The notes beneath the pieces are model-generated. The model was not told the DNA's origin. It did not search any database and worked only from the letters and a program-made list of their open reading frames with translations. Made by a program: the position numbers and the translations under genes. DNA of 62,748 bases from Klebsormidium nitens (Eukaryota > Plantae > Klebsormidiophyceae), in the NCBI GenBank assembly GCA_000708835.1, contig DF237478.1, forward strand, positions 1 through 62,748. The letters run 5' to 3'. Each line of letters begins with the position of its first letter. The first letter of the stretch is position 1. This document shows, in pieces, positions 37,001 to 49,839 of this stretch.

Positions 37001-40000
37001 GAGGTCTCCAGACACGGGCCCCTGAGTACACCACAGAAGCACCACCCCAGCTATCGGTTGAAACTCAAAAACCTCCTCCGTATTGATTGGTGAGGACCTG
37101 GTGGTGATGCCAAAGCTCCATGGCCACGGCAACCTAGAACTTCTCCTCTCAATCCTGCTTCACGAAGTAGGAAGCCCTGAGCCACTCCAAAACGGAACGC
37201 CGAGCCCCTCTATTGTGGGATGCAAGCAGCGTTCCGTCAGCAAGAGCTGCGGGTCTGCCGTACTGTGGTGTGCTTGCGCTGACCTCCCCCCAGTTGACCT
37301 CCTCGTCCGGCCCGTAGCGGCCGAGCAGGTACTCGAGATCCACCATCGCCAGCAGCTCCTGCATGCGCAGCGCACTCAGCGGCTGCTCCTCCTCTGCCGC
37401 CGTCAGCGGGTAAATCAGCTGGTCCCGCAGCGTGCCTGCACCGCACCGAGAAGCTCAAACACGCGCGGTCTAGCTTGGAAAAGACCTTCCCTGCGGATCT
37501 TACATTTTGCTTGGCTCTCCACCTAATGAGCTGATTGGATGGGCGCAAAGCTAAGTGCCATGCGACGATTTCAGGAGTGCAGAAAGAAACTTGCACTTTC
37601 AGGCCTCCTGCAGTGAGCACAGCCGAACAACGGATGCGAGAAATACAGTGGCGGAAACTTTGTACCGCCATGGACGCCCCCGAATGTGCTGAAAAGCCCA
37701 CCCGGCAACATCCAGGACAACTGGAGCAAACAATCTGTGCGCGGTGCCCCTCACCGACTGCGGTGTAGGGCCGCTGCGGGACGTAGAATATGTTTTTGCT
37801 GAGGCCGTCAACGTCCTTGCTGCCCGGCTTGTGGATGCGGCCTGCGACGAGCGGCCAGAGCCCCCCCAGGACCCGGAAGAGGCTGCTCTTGCCGCTGCCG
37901 TTGGGGCCCGTGATCAGCAGGTTACTCCCCGGCTCCACGTCTAGTGTTAGGTCCTCCACCAAAACGGTGCCCGCGGGGGTGACCACCTGGAGGGAGAGAC
38001 CAAAAGCCTCAGCTGACAGGTATGCGGGCAGCGAGGACTCCTTTACTGGTCAACAAAATGTGCTTGACTGTTCCCTGAGTGGCTTTACAGCCTGAAGCGG
38101 TCCAAAGTGGTGGCTGAAATGTCGGGCTCGGAACGTGTGCGCTTTTCGTATGATATCGGAAGCCGAGCACCAGCGGAGGATCCACTTCTGTTGGACTGGA
38201 TTCGTGTAAGTCGAGCTTGAGATTTTTGAAGAATTTGGATACCCTCGACTTCTTCTCGTCAAAGAAGTCGGTATATCGCAACAGGAGGCTACCAGGCTCA
38301 GGACGTCAAGCTTGGGACGTCAGAATGCGGAAAAATCATTTGGACGACATGCGGTCCAGCTGCCCTTCGCACTTCTTCATCTTTGGAACGACTTTCGCAG
38401 GCCGCTGGTCAGTAGTCCAGCGAGATTGCCCTCGAGCCGGGCTGCGCAAGTTGCACACGGTAAGGCAATCAGACTTAAGAAGCGCAGGCTGCACCTTGAC
38501 ATCTTCGAAGGCGATCCTGTTCCCTTCCACGAATCTGCTGCCCGCCCCTTCCAGCTCCGCTTGCCCGGCCTGCCGCAGCTCCCGAGCCACCGACATGAGC
38601 TCCTTGATGCGGTCAGCGTACCCACTGCAGAGTCACAAGAAGCATGGCAGCCTTCAACATCCTTAGGACCGCCCGTCAGCAGCGGAGTTGAATGAGGGAG
38701 GATCTAAACAGAAAGAAAAGCTTGGAGGATGGCGTTTAAGTAAAGCGCGGGTTTCTCTCGTGTTTCTCTCGATCGTAAATTCAGCAAGAAAGCCTGTCTG
38801 TTTCCTCGACCCAAGTCTGTAGTCACACCTCGTCTTCGTTCGTCGACCTCGTAAGCAGGCTAGCCATCAAACAAGCTACCGCCCAACCCAAAGTGGCTCC
38901 AATGAACTCTTCGCCGCGAAACAATCGTACCTTCATTTTGCCTTGGCCTTTAGAAGCGCATCGCACCCCTCCGGCGCCGCTTTTTCGCCGCCTCACCTGA
39001 GCCTGGCGAGCCGGCGGGAGCTGCCCGCGAGCGTGCCCACCGCCCCGAACAGCGAGATGACGACGCTGGTGTGGTACCGCATGTTGCTCAGCATCTCGGC
39101 GCGGCCCAGCGTGTCGCTGCTGGGCCGTAGATTGCCTCCGAAGAACGGCCCGATAATGAGCACCACCGCCCACGTGGCCCCGCAGTACTTGAGCACGAAG
39201 TCCTGGATGCAGCCGAACCACCACTGCGTGTGCAGCACCGCCGAGTGGTGCCGAATCAGTTGCCGGAAGCGCGCGCTTATAGTAGAAGCCTGCGGGCGAC
39301 AGTGAAAGGTGCACGGGTGGGAGTTTATTCAGCGCAGACCTGACTCCGCTTTTGTCGCTCCATCGAAGAAGGTGCGAGAGGCAAGCATTGAACAGCATAC
39401 GAGGAGCTCCTTAAAACCTCAAAGCTTTCGAGACTATATCTCCTCATTTCGACGTCCAAGGAACACAACGACGTACAATCTGCTCGGAACTGCCTTCGCT
39501 GAGCAGGCGACAACCAATCCTGAACGACGGAAAGGGACCGGATCGGAGGAACCAAGCAGAACCACGCCGGCAGGTTTGATCTTCCGCTCCATTGCAACGG
39601 CACCTCGGGGCTCACCTCCCTGTCCTGCCCCCCATAGAATGCGATGCTTTCCGAGTGCGTGCGTAAGCGTGCGTGCAGGTGCCTGTAGTCGCCCTCCAGC
39701 TGTTGCTCCTCGCCCATCAGCTTTCCGAACGGAGGAGATAAACCACCCGTGATCAGGCCTGCGCCTGCGGACAGGAAGATGCGCCACGTGTCGAATTCCA
39801 GGTTCTCAATTGCTCCGTAGCTAAGCAGAAGCATTCAATAGCTAGCTCTAGGACTCCGCTGCAATGATTTCCAACAGGCAGGGCTCAAAAATGACGCAAG
39901 AATTACGGAGATCGCCTACAACATCCCCAAGACTGACAATTGTCACCAGATACGCATTGAAAGCTTGAACACTTTACAGCAGCTTGGGGACGAACAGCGG

Positions 40001-42464
40001 GGCCCACGAGAACGCTTTTCTTACCCAGTACATAGCCCAAGATGCCGAGTGCGTATTTGACGCCCGAGTAAGAGCAGAGGCGGTAGGTATAGAAGGAGCC
40101 ATCAATGACAGCCTGCACGGGTAGACGTGTGTGTTCACCAATTCGATTCGAAACCGTCCGGATCCGACACCCTCCTGAAATTCGAGTTCAGTTCGTAAAT
40201 CTCCAACGCAAAGCGAATTCGGAGCAGACAACTCATTGATCATCCTCTGCGTCCAAGCGACAGAATTCAACTTGATGAGGCTTTTCAATATCTGAGAATG
40301 ACAGTTGCTGATTCGAAGATCAGTACGGCCCTTCGAGGCATCTGAATCCCGCGCAAAAGGACCCACTTCGAACAGACACGATCCGCAAGGCCCAGGTGTA
40401 CGAAGTTTCTGCGGGCATGGGGCTCACGTTAATGCATTCGACGAGCAGGTCGCTGAGCTCGGTGCAGAACTTGGGGATGTCGCTGGCGAAGCGCTGCTCG
40501 GGGTTGGTGACCACCTGGTGCACGTGGCTCATGCGGTAGTACGTCATGTTCTGGAAGTAGTCCCCCGTGATGCGCTCCGTCAGGGTCTGCCGCCACGCCA
40601 GCTGCAGCCGGCCTCGCAGATACCGGGTTGTTGCGTCCTGCACAAGTATCCGCTTATCAGTGTGTGGTTGATGATACCGCCGTCTGGTCCCACTCAAGAG
40701 GGAGCAAACGGTAAGGGTGCAGTTGTAGGGGCAAAAGCGAGACGTTGTAGCTTTACGCGCTTTATAGAAGGACTTACACTCAAGGTTGTGTTCGTCGAGC
40801 AGCCGCAAAGTGCGTATGTCAGAGAAGCATGTGATCGGCTCTGGTTGTGGATCCGATGCAAAGCCTATTCGGCTAGAAGGTGGATTAGACGATATTAACC
40901 CTGAAAACGGACAGACATGGGCAGCTGACAATAGACGCATGCGGGCATGAGCGATTGAACACTTACGATGAGCGACTGGGAGAAGCAGAGAATGATGTTC
41001 TCCGTAATGAGGCGCACAAACTGGGGCACTTGCTTCAGAAAGGCCGTCTTGAAAAGGAACCCTTGGACGCGTGCTAGCCGGTTGCTTAAGGCAGTGCGGA
41101 GAACCTGCAGGAGAAGAGGAATGAGCTCCATTAGCACTGCCCTAATCAGCAAAGCCTGCTTTGGTTGCCCTTGGGAAAAAGTGACTCGAGCGCCCAAACT
41201 CCAACAAAATACTTTGTTGCGTTCTCACGCAACAGTTGTTGCCCCATCCTACATCAGCCTGAACATCAGATCCGATCAACATCTACAAGCCACCATTCGC
41301 CTGCAGCCATTGATATCAAAGGATAGCCAAATAAGATTGATCTTGAGCAACAAAACCAGGCTAATCTCCATGTCAGCAGATAACGCAAGTGCTGTAAGAA
41401 GGTGATCTACACAGGGACTTTATTGGGGCAGGTTCACCACCACCCCATCGGAAGTTGTCATGATGCGGTGATCTTCTGGCAGAAACTCCAGTCAAAGTAT
41501 ACAAAGCCATGTGGTTGAATCAAAGCATCCCATACAAGTCCTTGCCAGGAAGCCTGCGCAATGGCCACTAGAGCTTTTGAGGTTCAAAGGAAGTTTTACG
41601 AAGGGGGTAGTATTTTGAAAATGGTGGAAGAAGTGACCCTGCTGGGTTCAAGCTACGAATGTTGATGAAACGAGTACTCACTGCAATAGCGACCAGTTTC
41701 ACCAGGTTGCCCATGCCCCTGCGGCCCATCTGGGCAAGCAGTATGCCACCCAGGTACGACACCGCTGTAATCCCCCCCTTCCGCCTGCCCCCACCCTTCC
41801 TACATGACGCAGAATGTTTGCATATCAGCAATTGGTGCTTAGATTCATGTCAGTAAGGTTTGGCCCTGGTTGACTAAGACAATCTCTTCAAAGGACAACT
41901 ACAAACGGGCGCCGTCGACCATCTTTGCACACTTCAACAAGAAAAATAAACCTGCTGACAGATAGTTCCTGCTCAGGAACTTCAGATCTCGAATATACCA
42001 CAGCATTGCGAGCTGGGACAACCACTGAAACGCAGTCTCCTCAGCATAATGGTTAAACTGACCTACCTATGTGGCTTAAATGGCGCCCTAGCTCTGATCC
42101 ACCTCTGAATGGAGATTATCCAGAAAAACAGTTGTTATAGGGCGCCCCCTGCCTTTTCACAAAGGAATGTCATCAACGTTAACTTCCAAGTACAGCATCA
42201 CATTGAAACTGTGCTACTTGCTCAGCCATGAATAAGTAGGGTTTTTGAGTAAACTTACCTTCGGCTGGATGATCCCAATGCATGTGGCTTTCCCAGCCCT
42301 TTCTCCCCACCCTCGCTTACAGCAGCTTTCAACTTCGCAACTCTCCTGGCCTGTGCTGCCTTCTCTTTGGCAAGGTAGTAGACCAACCCCCCACTGGCGG
42401 CTACGCCTAAAACAATGGCTGCAGACCGCCTTCTTCCGGCGAGCATCTTCTGTAAAGTCGCCAT
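31036..42464 (-). CDS. ABCD1: Peroxisomal ABC transporter D family, full-size TMD-NBD-TMD-NBD (COMATOSE/PXA1-like), many exons
   Basis: Two Walker A motifs GPNGSGKSS (about 37885-37915 and 32390-32420), two signatures [12 protein letters not shown](R), [10 protein letters not shown] / [18 protein letters not shown] and [12 protein letters not shown]-like [14 protein letters not shown] and [15 protein letters not shown]-terminus [28 protein letters not shown]-stop. Confidence 0.96.
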
Positions 42465-42648
42465 CCGTCCCCGCTGCCAGTTTACTATACTGCCCTGGGC
42501 CCGGCGGGTCGAATCAACAGCCCTGCATGGGCGACCCTCACCCCCTCTGCAAAGCGCAGGATGTACTCGAGTTGCACAATCCCAATGGCTCAGCGCTGGC
42601 AGGCTCCACCATGAAAGCCAGCGTCAGGAACCACTCGCGCCGAGAGCG

Positions 42649-42729
42649 CGCGCATGGTTTCTTTTGACTCCGGTTTGCACATGATGCGGCATGCCCAAAC
42701 GCGCATGGTTTGTTTTGACTCCGGTTTGC
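42649..42729. repeat. 30-bp direct repeat pair upstream of ABCD1
   Basis: CGCGCATGGTTT(C/G)TTTTGACTCCGGTTTGC at 42649-42678 and 42700-42729, one mismatch, 51-bp period. Confidence 0.9.
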
Positions 42730-44059
42730 GCAATGGCTTAGATTTAACTTATTTTAAATTACTATTAAAAGACGGGATCCCCAACGAGTCGAAAGCTTGG
42801 TGTTTCTATTCACAGCACTGATGTCAGCATCATGGCTATCTTTGCAAGGGAGCATCATCATTCAGTGTGCACTCACGAGCTCAGAAGCAGCTCATGGGAG
42901 TCAAGGGCGATTTGATCAGCATACTAGTAGTCCTTTCAAAAGGGTTCCAAAAATTCAATGCTGCTTCAATGATGCGTATTTGCCATACATATAACAGTGT
43001 TTTTACTGCTCACATGCACAAGCATGAAATGATGCCCGAAATCATGATGAGACTTATCGTAAGAGACATACAATCAGTATGGACAAGACACCATGTATTT
43101 GCTTTTATAATTTAGAACCTAGTCGGAATTCTGTTCAAAGGATCATTACTGCCCCAAAGAAATCAGATGATACAACATTACATACCATGCTAGAATCCGT
43201 GAATTCGACGCTCTAATTTTGTGTCCCTCCCATCCTCCGTATCTGCCAATGCTCAACGTGCAACAACTTTGAAGTCCGTGTGAGAGCCAAATCGGATGAG
43301 AGGAATCTAAACCCTATTACATGCCATTGCATTTTGATTGCAAAACGATCATTGTATACGCTCCCGGCAACTTTTAATTTAGGACAAAGCTGCGCTAGGC
43401 GCATCGATTTTTTGAAAAGCACTTCAGTAATATGTTTCAGGCCGGTACTGCTAGTAGGACTTTCATAGGCCGATTGGAAACTCTCGATCTTCGCGGCCGC
43501 TGTGCCTCTTATGTTTTAGCCGACAATCAGAGCCTATTACGCCGACTGTTATGTACCGGCGCATTATACTTTTCAGCCACCTTCATAAACTGATGCGAAA
43601 GGATTCACCAGCCAAAACTAGAAAACTAGTGTCCTCCATGGATCGGCGAACAATCAGAAACGAAAATGACAATGCCAAAAAATCCCCTCTGTCAAAGAAA
43701 ATCGACAAGATGCATGGGGAGTTGTCCATGTTATGTAAAGTCCATGAGCGAGCTTGGCAACAGATCACCATTCACTTGTGAGAACTGTGAACAGCACAAA
43801 AGCGAGAGCTGAAAAAGCTACCCGAATCAGAACTTTCACATGAGAAGCGAATCTATCATTTGCAGATTTTTAGTACGTGGGCAGCTTGGCGACCCAGAGC
43901 ACTTACAATTGAGAGGATGTCCTGACTTGTATAATGCTTTGTCCCAGGAATTTGAAAACTCCAGGGAATAGCGTCCTCTCGAAGTTGTAGATGGATCAAA
44001 TTGAAAAGATTGTATGCGGAGCTAGACTTCAGCAGTTACACTCTTGGAACCTACAAATT

Positions 44060-44893
44060 TCAGTGCTTTGCTGAGGCTAAAGGAGCATTTTCCGAGTGCT
44101 TTCCAGGGGGTGGGTTAGGCGTGGCAGTTGGGGTGGATGTCGCTGTGAGGGCGGCTGGATCGGACTTCTTTTTCCCACCTCCGGTTGCAGCTTTATATCC
44201 CCCATAGATCAGAAGTCCCCATCCGGCAAGCGATAAGAGCACGAACTGCAGATAAGGCAGGTTTCAAAGGACACCAATCAAAACTGCATTGGTCTGTCTG
44301 CGATATCAACTTGGACTTACAACCAGCACATTGGAAGGACAAACAGCAGTCATCGCACAGCTACCAGTTTATTTCTAAACCAATGCCCTCACCTGTTCTT
44401 CCTTCCAATTTCCAGGATTTGTTGGCTCCTTCCAAAAATCTGCTTTGCTAGATTCATGACCGTGAGCTCCTGCAAGAACGTGCATTCAGATCAAAAAGTG
44501 TGCAATTTGACGAGCATATCGCCAGTCCAATCTGCTGAAGAGTCCAGACTGAAGTGTAAACGCTGTAGTCACCACTTTTTGAGCGGGGTTATTTTCAAGG
44601 GCCAGAACAGAGGGCAGAGTACTTACACTGCTTACCATGGATCAGCACTGAAATACCTGGTAATGATCCATACAGGTGAATGGCTAGGCAACACATAAGA
44701 TTGTTTTTTGGTGAAAAGACTTCATATAGGGAGAGATACTGAGATTCTTGGTACCTGCAGCATGCATGGAAAAAGAAATGGATGCAAACTCACCAGCTGC
44801 AAAGCTTCTGGTTGGAACAAGGTGGTTCGTTTTCATCAGAGGCGTGGAGAGGCGCAGCTGCCTGGCAGCCGTCTGAAACAGTACTTGAGACAT
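44060..44893 (-). CDS. Small single-TM mitochondrial protein of a conserved plant family (FWKxPxxPxxWKEE motif)
   Basis: Presequence MSQVLFQTAARQLRLSTPLMKTNHLVPTRSFAA; exon DFWKEPTNPGNWKEEQ (about 44393-44439); last exon FVLLSLAGWGLLIYGGYKAATGGGKKK. Middle micro-exon(s) unresolved. Confidence 0.8.
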
Positions 44894-46241
44894 GATCGCT
44901 TGCTGCCACCACAACCTGCAGGCTTGATCTCACTTCCCCGCTCGAATGCACTCTTCTTTTAGAGTAACTTGAAGGGATGCTGAGCTTTGAATATCTCAAT
45001 GCCCTCTCAATGTCTGCTCAAACCCTCAATTGCAAATAAAACGCCGCTTGCAATCAAAAGAATGAGAAACGATGAGCCGTCCTAAAACCGTGTTTGTACA
45101 GAGGCTAAGGCGGCACCAGCCACCAGCGTTCGATTCTATAGATCCGCAATAGCAATGTGGCCACCACCAATGGCAACAAACCACCCTCGGATCACCCTGC
45201 CGCCCCTCCAAGTTTTTAAATCCAGTATATCGAGTAGAAATGTCTGATTTATTCATGACTTGTGAGTTTTGAGTCTTGACTCGAGTCTTGCCAGGGCCGC
45301 AAGACTCGAGTCAAGAATCTACGATGTGATACTGAACTTCGCCTACAGATCGCCGGGGACCAAGGTTGCCGGAAGCGCGGAGCGAAGTACCGAGCTGAGC
45401 TACCGGGTAGCCGGATGGCTTTTGGACGGGGTATAGTGGTCGGTTTGCTTCTCAAGAGTCTACCGGGAGGTCAATCAAACTTAAATTGTACCGATTGGTA
45501 AAATTACGGTAGGTAACTGATGGCGACGAATTCTCTTTCATCCACCGTGCCCTGAGTTGTAAAGTCCGGCGACAGAGGGATACCCATATTCGCGTGGAAA
45601 GGTCGCTCAATTGAGACCTCCCGGTAAGACATTTTCGACGGCCTTGCCAAACGCCCGTAGATTCAGTTCGATAAAGTGCTGTACGTGCTAATCCGTCAAA
45701 AAATTCTGCCGCACTTGCCCGCGCTCCCGTCACCAAATTCACCGGTTTCGACGATAAACGGCCTTTTATGTAGAAACAGGGCAATATTCTAGGTATGGCG
45801 TGTGCTGAGAAGTTCAGTAATAACTGATCGATATTCCATGGGATTCTGCAGGATTATTTCGCGCAAAAGTTGCAATCGCTTTTCATGTCGCCCCGAATAT
45901 AGCCGTTTCAACCCACCCGCATTCACGCGTCAATCGGTTCAGACTTCTTGTCATATCTGGTTGAAACTGCCGGGAGCCCTTGCGGAGGTCCCCGGCAGAA
46001 GAAGCGGTAGGCATTTTGGGCAACCTCGTGATACCTCAGGACGAGCTGGACGTGGGGATTCAGCTATCGTCAGCCGCCTTTTATAATTTATTGAATCCCA
46101 TATGCCAATAAAATACAGCATTTTCGAAAACAAGCTGCCCGAACCAATTGAAGGAGAGACACGGAGTCCTTCAAGGAGTGTTTTGAAAGTTGACCTGAAA
46201 GTCTTCAGCTCGTGTTGTCTTTCAACTTCCAACTTCAAGCC

Positions 46242-48333
46242 ATGGCGCAAGCAGCCACTCGGTCTGTACAATCTTTGGTAACGTCTTCCTTGCTGCGTTC
46301 GAAGCAGGCTTCTGCCTATTCAGAACGCCAGCTGGGAGGCTGCAATTCCCAGGTGCTCTCTTATCCACGCCGCCGCTCGCTGACTTCCAGTTCTGCACGC
46401 AGCGAGCAGCCCAATTACGCATCGCCAAAAGACTACAGCTCTCCCAAGGACTACAGCTCGCCCGCAAGCTCAGACCAGCGTCGATCAGCGCCACCTGCAG
46501 AGGGTGCAGCAAGTTCTGGAGGATCTGCTCCAAGTTTTTGGGAGTATCAGGCTCCTCGCGATTACAGGTTGAGCATTTCACCTGCCTTGAACATGTTGCA
46601 TTACCTCCAGGCCATCGATTGCAGGATCAGCCTACGGTGCTTGTCTGCACTCTGTTCTAGAATTGCCGTCTATGAAGATGATGATTGATTGTTGGATGGA
46701 GATCAAACATTGGGGCCTGATACAGAAGTTTGATGCATCAAAGGGCAGGAGGATATCTGATAAGCAAGGGGGAAGATAGGCCCCTTGCTTCCTCAGGCCA
46801 GTCCATGCAATATGTGCAGTGTCCTTCTGATGCTGTTCAAAGTTGATCAACCTGTTCATGAAAGATGCATGTAAGTGAATCTTTCACATGCATGCTGTTC
46901 GGACACCTTGCAGGTCCCCTGGCAGCTACAAGTCTCCTGGTGATTACGGCAGCCCTGCCCCGTACGGCCCAATAGACAGGGCCGGTAGCATTGGAAGCCC
47001 AAAAGGCGGGGTCCGTAGCATTGAAAGCCCAAAAGCCGGGGCCAGTAGCATTGAAAGCCCAACAGGCGGGGCCGGTGGCAGTGCAAGCCCAACAGGCGGA
47101 TCCGGTGGCAGTGCAAGCCCAACACGCGGATCCGTTGGCAGTGCAAGCCCAACAGGCGGGGCCGGTCAGTGCAAGCCCAACACGCGGGGGAGGTGTCAGT
47201 GCAAGCCCAACAGGCGGGGCCGGTGTCACTGCAAGCCCAACAGGTGGGGGAGGTGGCAGTGGAAGCGGAGGCAGCGGCGGTGGGGACGGCAGCATGGGGG
47301 AAGGGCCTGCAGGGGGAGGAGGCAAAGCCAAAATGTCGCAGACTTTGACCATCTTGTACGCTGCACTGGTGGCAAGTGAGGTTTTGCTGTTCCTTTCCTG
47401 CTGTCATTACTGGGTGAAACGTTCAAACAGAACCTGTTCACTGCTGGTCTTTGCTACAATACCTTCTCAAGAATCAAAAACGGTAGGAGGTTTCAGGGGA
47501 TGGCGAAACAGACTTGAGAGATCTTCATCTCTTTCAACCGTTTGCCAGCATAAAAATCTATTCATGTGACTGTTAAGTTGACCAGCTGTTTGCCTTCTTT
47601 GTGGCAAAGCACACTTATGGCCAGATTCATTTTTGGGGAGGATGCCGTGGCCCCCAACCCACTGCTTGCAACCAGACTGGATGGAACTCTGTCTGAACGC
47701 ATTCCAGTGTGGGTGGCTGATTGATTGTAGATCTGAAGCAACTTCCAAGCAACTGCGCTGGCAAGACACAGCTCGGAAGGTAAACGCATTGAACTTGTCC
47801 TAATTGTTTCGCTTGTTCATAATGCAGTTGGGGGTGTGGTCGCCTACATGAAGAAGGGCAGCAAAGACTCGCTGATTGCAGCGTCTGTATCGTCCATCCT
47901 GCTCGTCTCCGCAGCTGCGCTTATTGGGTCCAATCACGTACTCTATGGTTCGATCCTAGGACTTGGTGAGGATTTCCGTCCTTCTGTTGGTGAGATGTTT
48001 GTAAAAGCTGGCGCAAGTCCAGCATCTTAGTGCAGCTCTCTGCGAGTCATCATTGATCATTGTTCGCAAGTTTCTTGGATTGGCATCTGAGTTAGTCATC
48101 GATGCCGCAGGCTCTCTTAACTATTTTCGTCGCCAAATTGCTAGCAAACTGCCAATCCTTCTTGAGGTAAAGAATTGCGATCCGTTCTTGCAGCTGTGTC
48201 GGGGGCCCTTCTATACGTCATGGGTTCCCGTTTTCTCAAATCAAGGAAAGTAATGCCAGCAGGTCTTGTTTCTGCCATCTCGCTGATTATGAGCTTTGGA
48301 TACTTTCACGGGATACAAAAGGCATTTCACTAG
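46242..48333 (+). CDS. FAX: Plastid fatty-acid export (FAX) / TMEM14 family protein, with an apparent frameshift in exon 2
   Basis: Transit-peptide-like exon 1, Gly-rich linker, then KMSQTLTILYAALVAIGGVVAYMKKGSKDSL and ALLYVMGSRFLKSRKVMPAGLVSAISLIMSFGYFHGI-stop, typical of Tmemb_14/FAX. Confidence 0.88.
46981..47248 (+). repeat. Coding minisatellite, 9 x 30 bp (AGGSASPTGG-like)
   Basis: Units start at 46981, 47011, 47041, 47071, 47101, 47131, 47161 (28 bp), 47189 and 47219. Confidence 0.95.
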
Positions 48334-49839
48334 TTTGGAGTTCGTGCCTTCTTTGTACAAAGACGGGACTACAGGGCAATTAAAGGCACAATAGACCCAC
48401 ATGCTTTTGTAAAATTTTTACTATCAAGCTAGCAGTTCTAAGTAAAGAAGAGCAAGTAGAAGTCCATTCAATGGTTAGTGTGACCCTTCAAGGTTGTCCA
48501 AGTCAAATAATGTGGCCTATGTCCGATCATGATCAAAACTAAGCCGGGCTTCTGCGGAACATATCTCCACGTGCGAAGTCCACAATCGGTCATTAGGATC
48601 AGCACTAATTTCGGCTCCTGCATATGCACAAGGGTCAGCACCCAAATTCAAAACCTAGTGTCTCCCAGCTAGACACTCAAGCACTGGTTCTAAAAACACC
48701 GCGACACCTAGAAATCGCCGGGTGGCCAGGTCTAAATCTTAGCTAAAACATGCTGGCCCCATGGTACGTGTTACGCATATATAAGGGCCCCCCGCGAATT
48801 CGCTCGTGAATCCGTTAAACGGATGCACGAGATCAAATTAGTGATCGAGGATCATGCATGATGATGGCGCATATAGTAGGTATTGTACGATATATAAGCA
48901 CAATGGTATATACGGTAATCAATTCAGGCTGCATTCTATCAGCGTATAGTAAAGACTAATTTTATCGGATCTCGTATAATAATTCGACCGCGTCTATTGC
49001 ATACCAACTCGAGGATCGACCCACCATTCCACCCTGCGTGACAGCTGCACGTCTTTACGTACCTGGCATGGCATGTGAATTGAAGTATACCATGATGCAT
49101 GATACACATGCAAGCGCGCAGCGATCTGATGGCCTCTTACGCATGCATGGGAGAACTCCCATGGTGGCCGACGCAATCATTGAATCACTAGGTACATTCA
49201 TTCAAGTGGCCACCGTCTTCTTGTCTTTTTGTAGTACCCATTATTAGATCAATGCACACGAACGCTCTAGCAAACCTTCAAAAACCAGCTTCGAAGACGC
49301 AACTCAAAAGCTACTTCATTCCAAAACGTACGTACTTGATACTTGGCACGATCGTACTAGGCCCAACGCCGCATCCATACCTCCAAAAGTCTGGCCACAG
49401 CCAGTGACTTTGATGTGTCAATCAATCACTCAGGCTTATACCTACCCGTTTCTGACTACCTAAAACTCTTGCGGCAGGCGGCTGCCACCCGGCTAGGTCA
49501 AACCTTTCTGTGCTTACTTTCAATTCAACAAGTGTAGACGGTACCTTACCATGACACAAGTAAGCGCCAACGACTGCAATCTCAAAGACCGTTATTTGAT
49601 TTAAAAGGAACGCAATTCCAAGGACTCAAGAAACCTCCCCGGTTGTTATGCAGCCGCTGCCAACCCCAGCAGTATAGAAGCTTCAAAGAACTTCTGCCCG
49701 CAGGATTGTCCGCATGCTTCCATTGAGCGAAAGATACTGGCGTTGAGTAGCTCAAACGGTACCAAAGTCGAGTCTCGCTAAAACGAGCGGTATTAGTACA
49801 CTGATTAGTGCAGTTGCATTTTGAGACCGTCTTGAAAAG

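Noticed and set aside
46981-47248. Regular 30-bp array as a possible CRISPR-like locus
   Set aside because: No unique spacers, units are in a coding exon, eukaryotic context, no cas genes.
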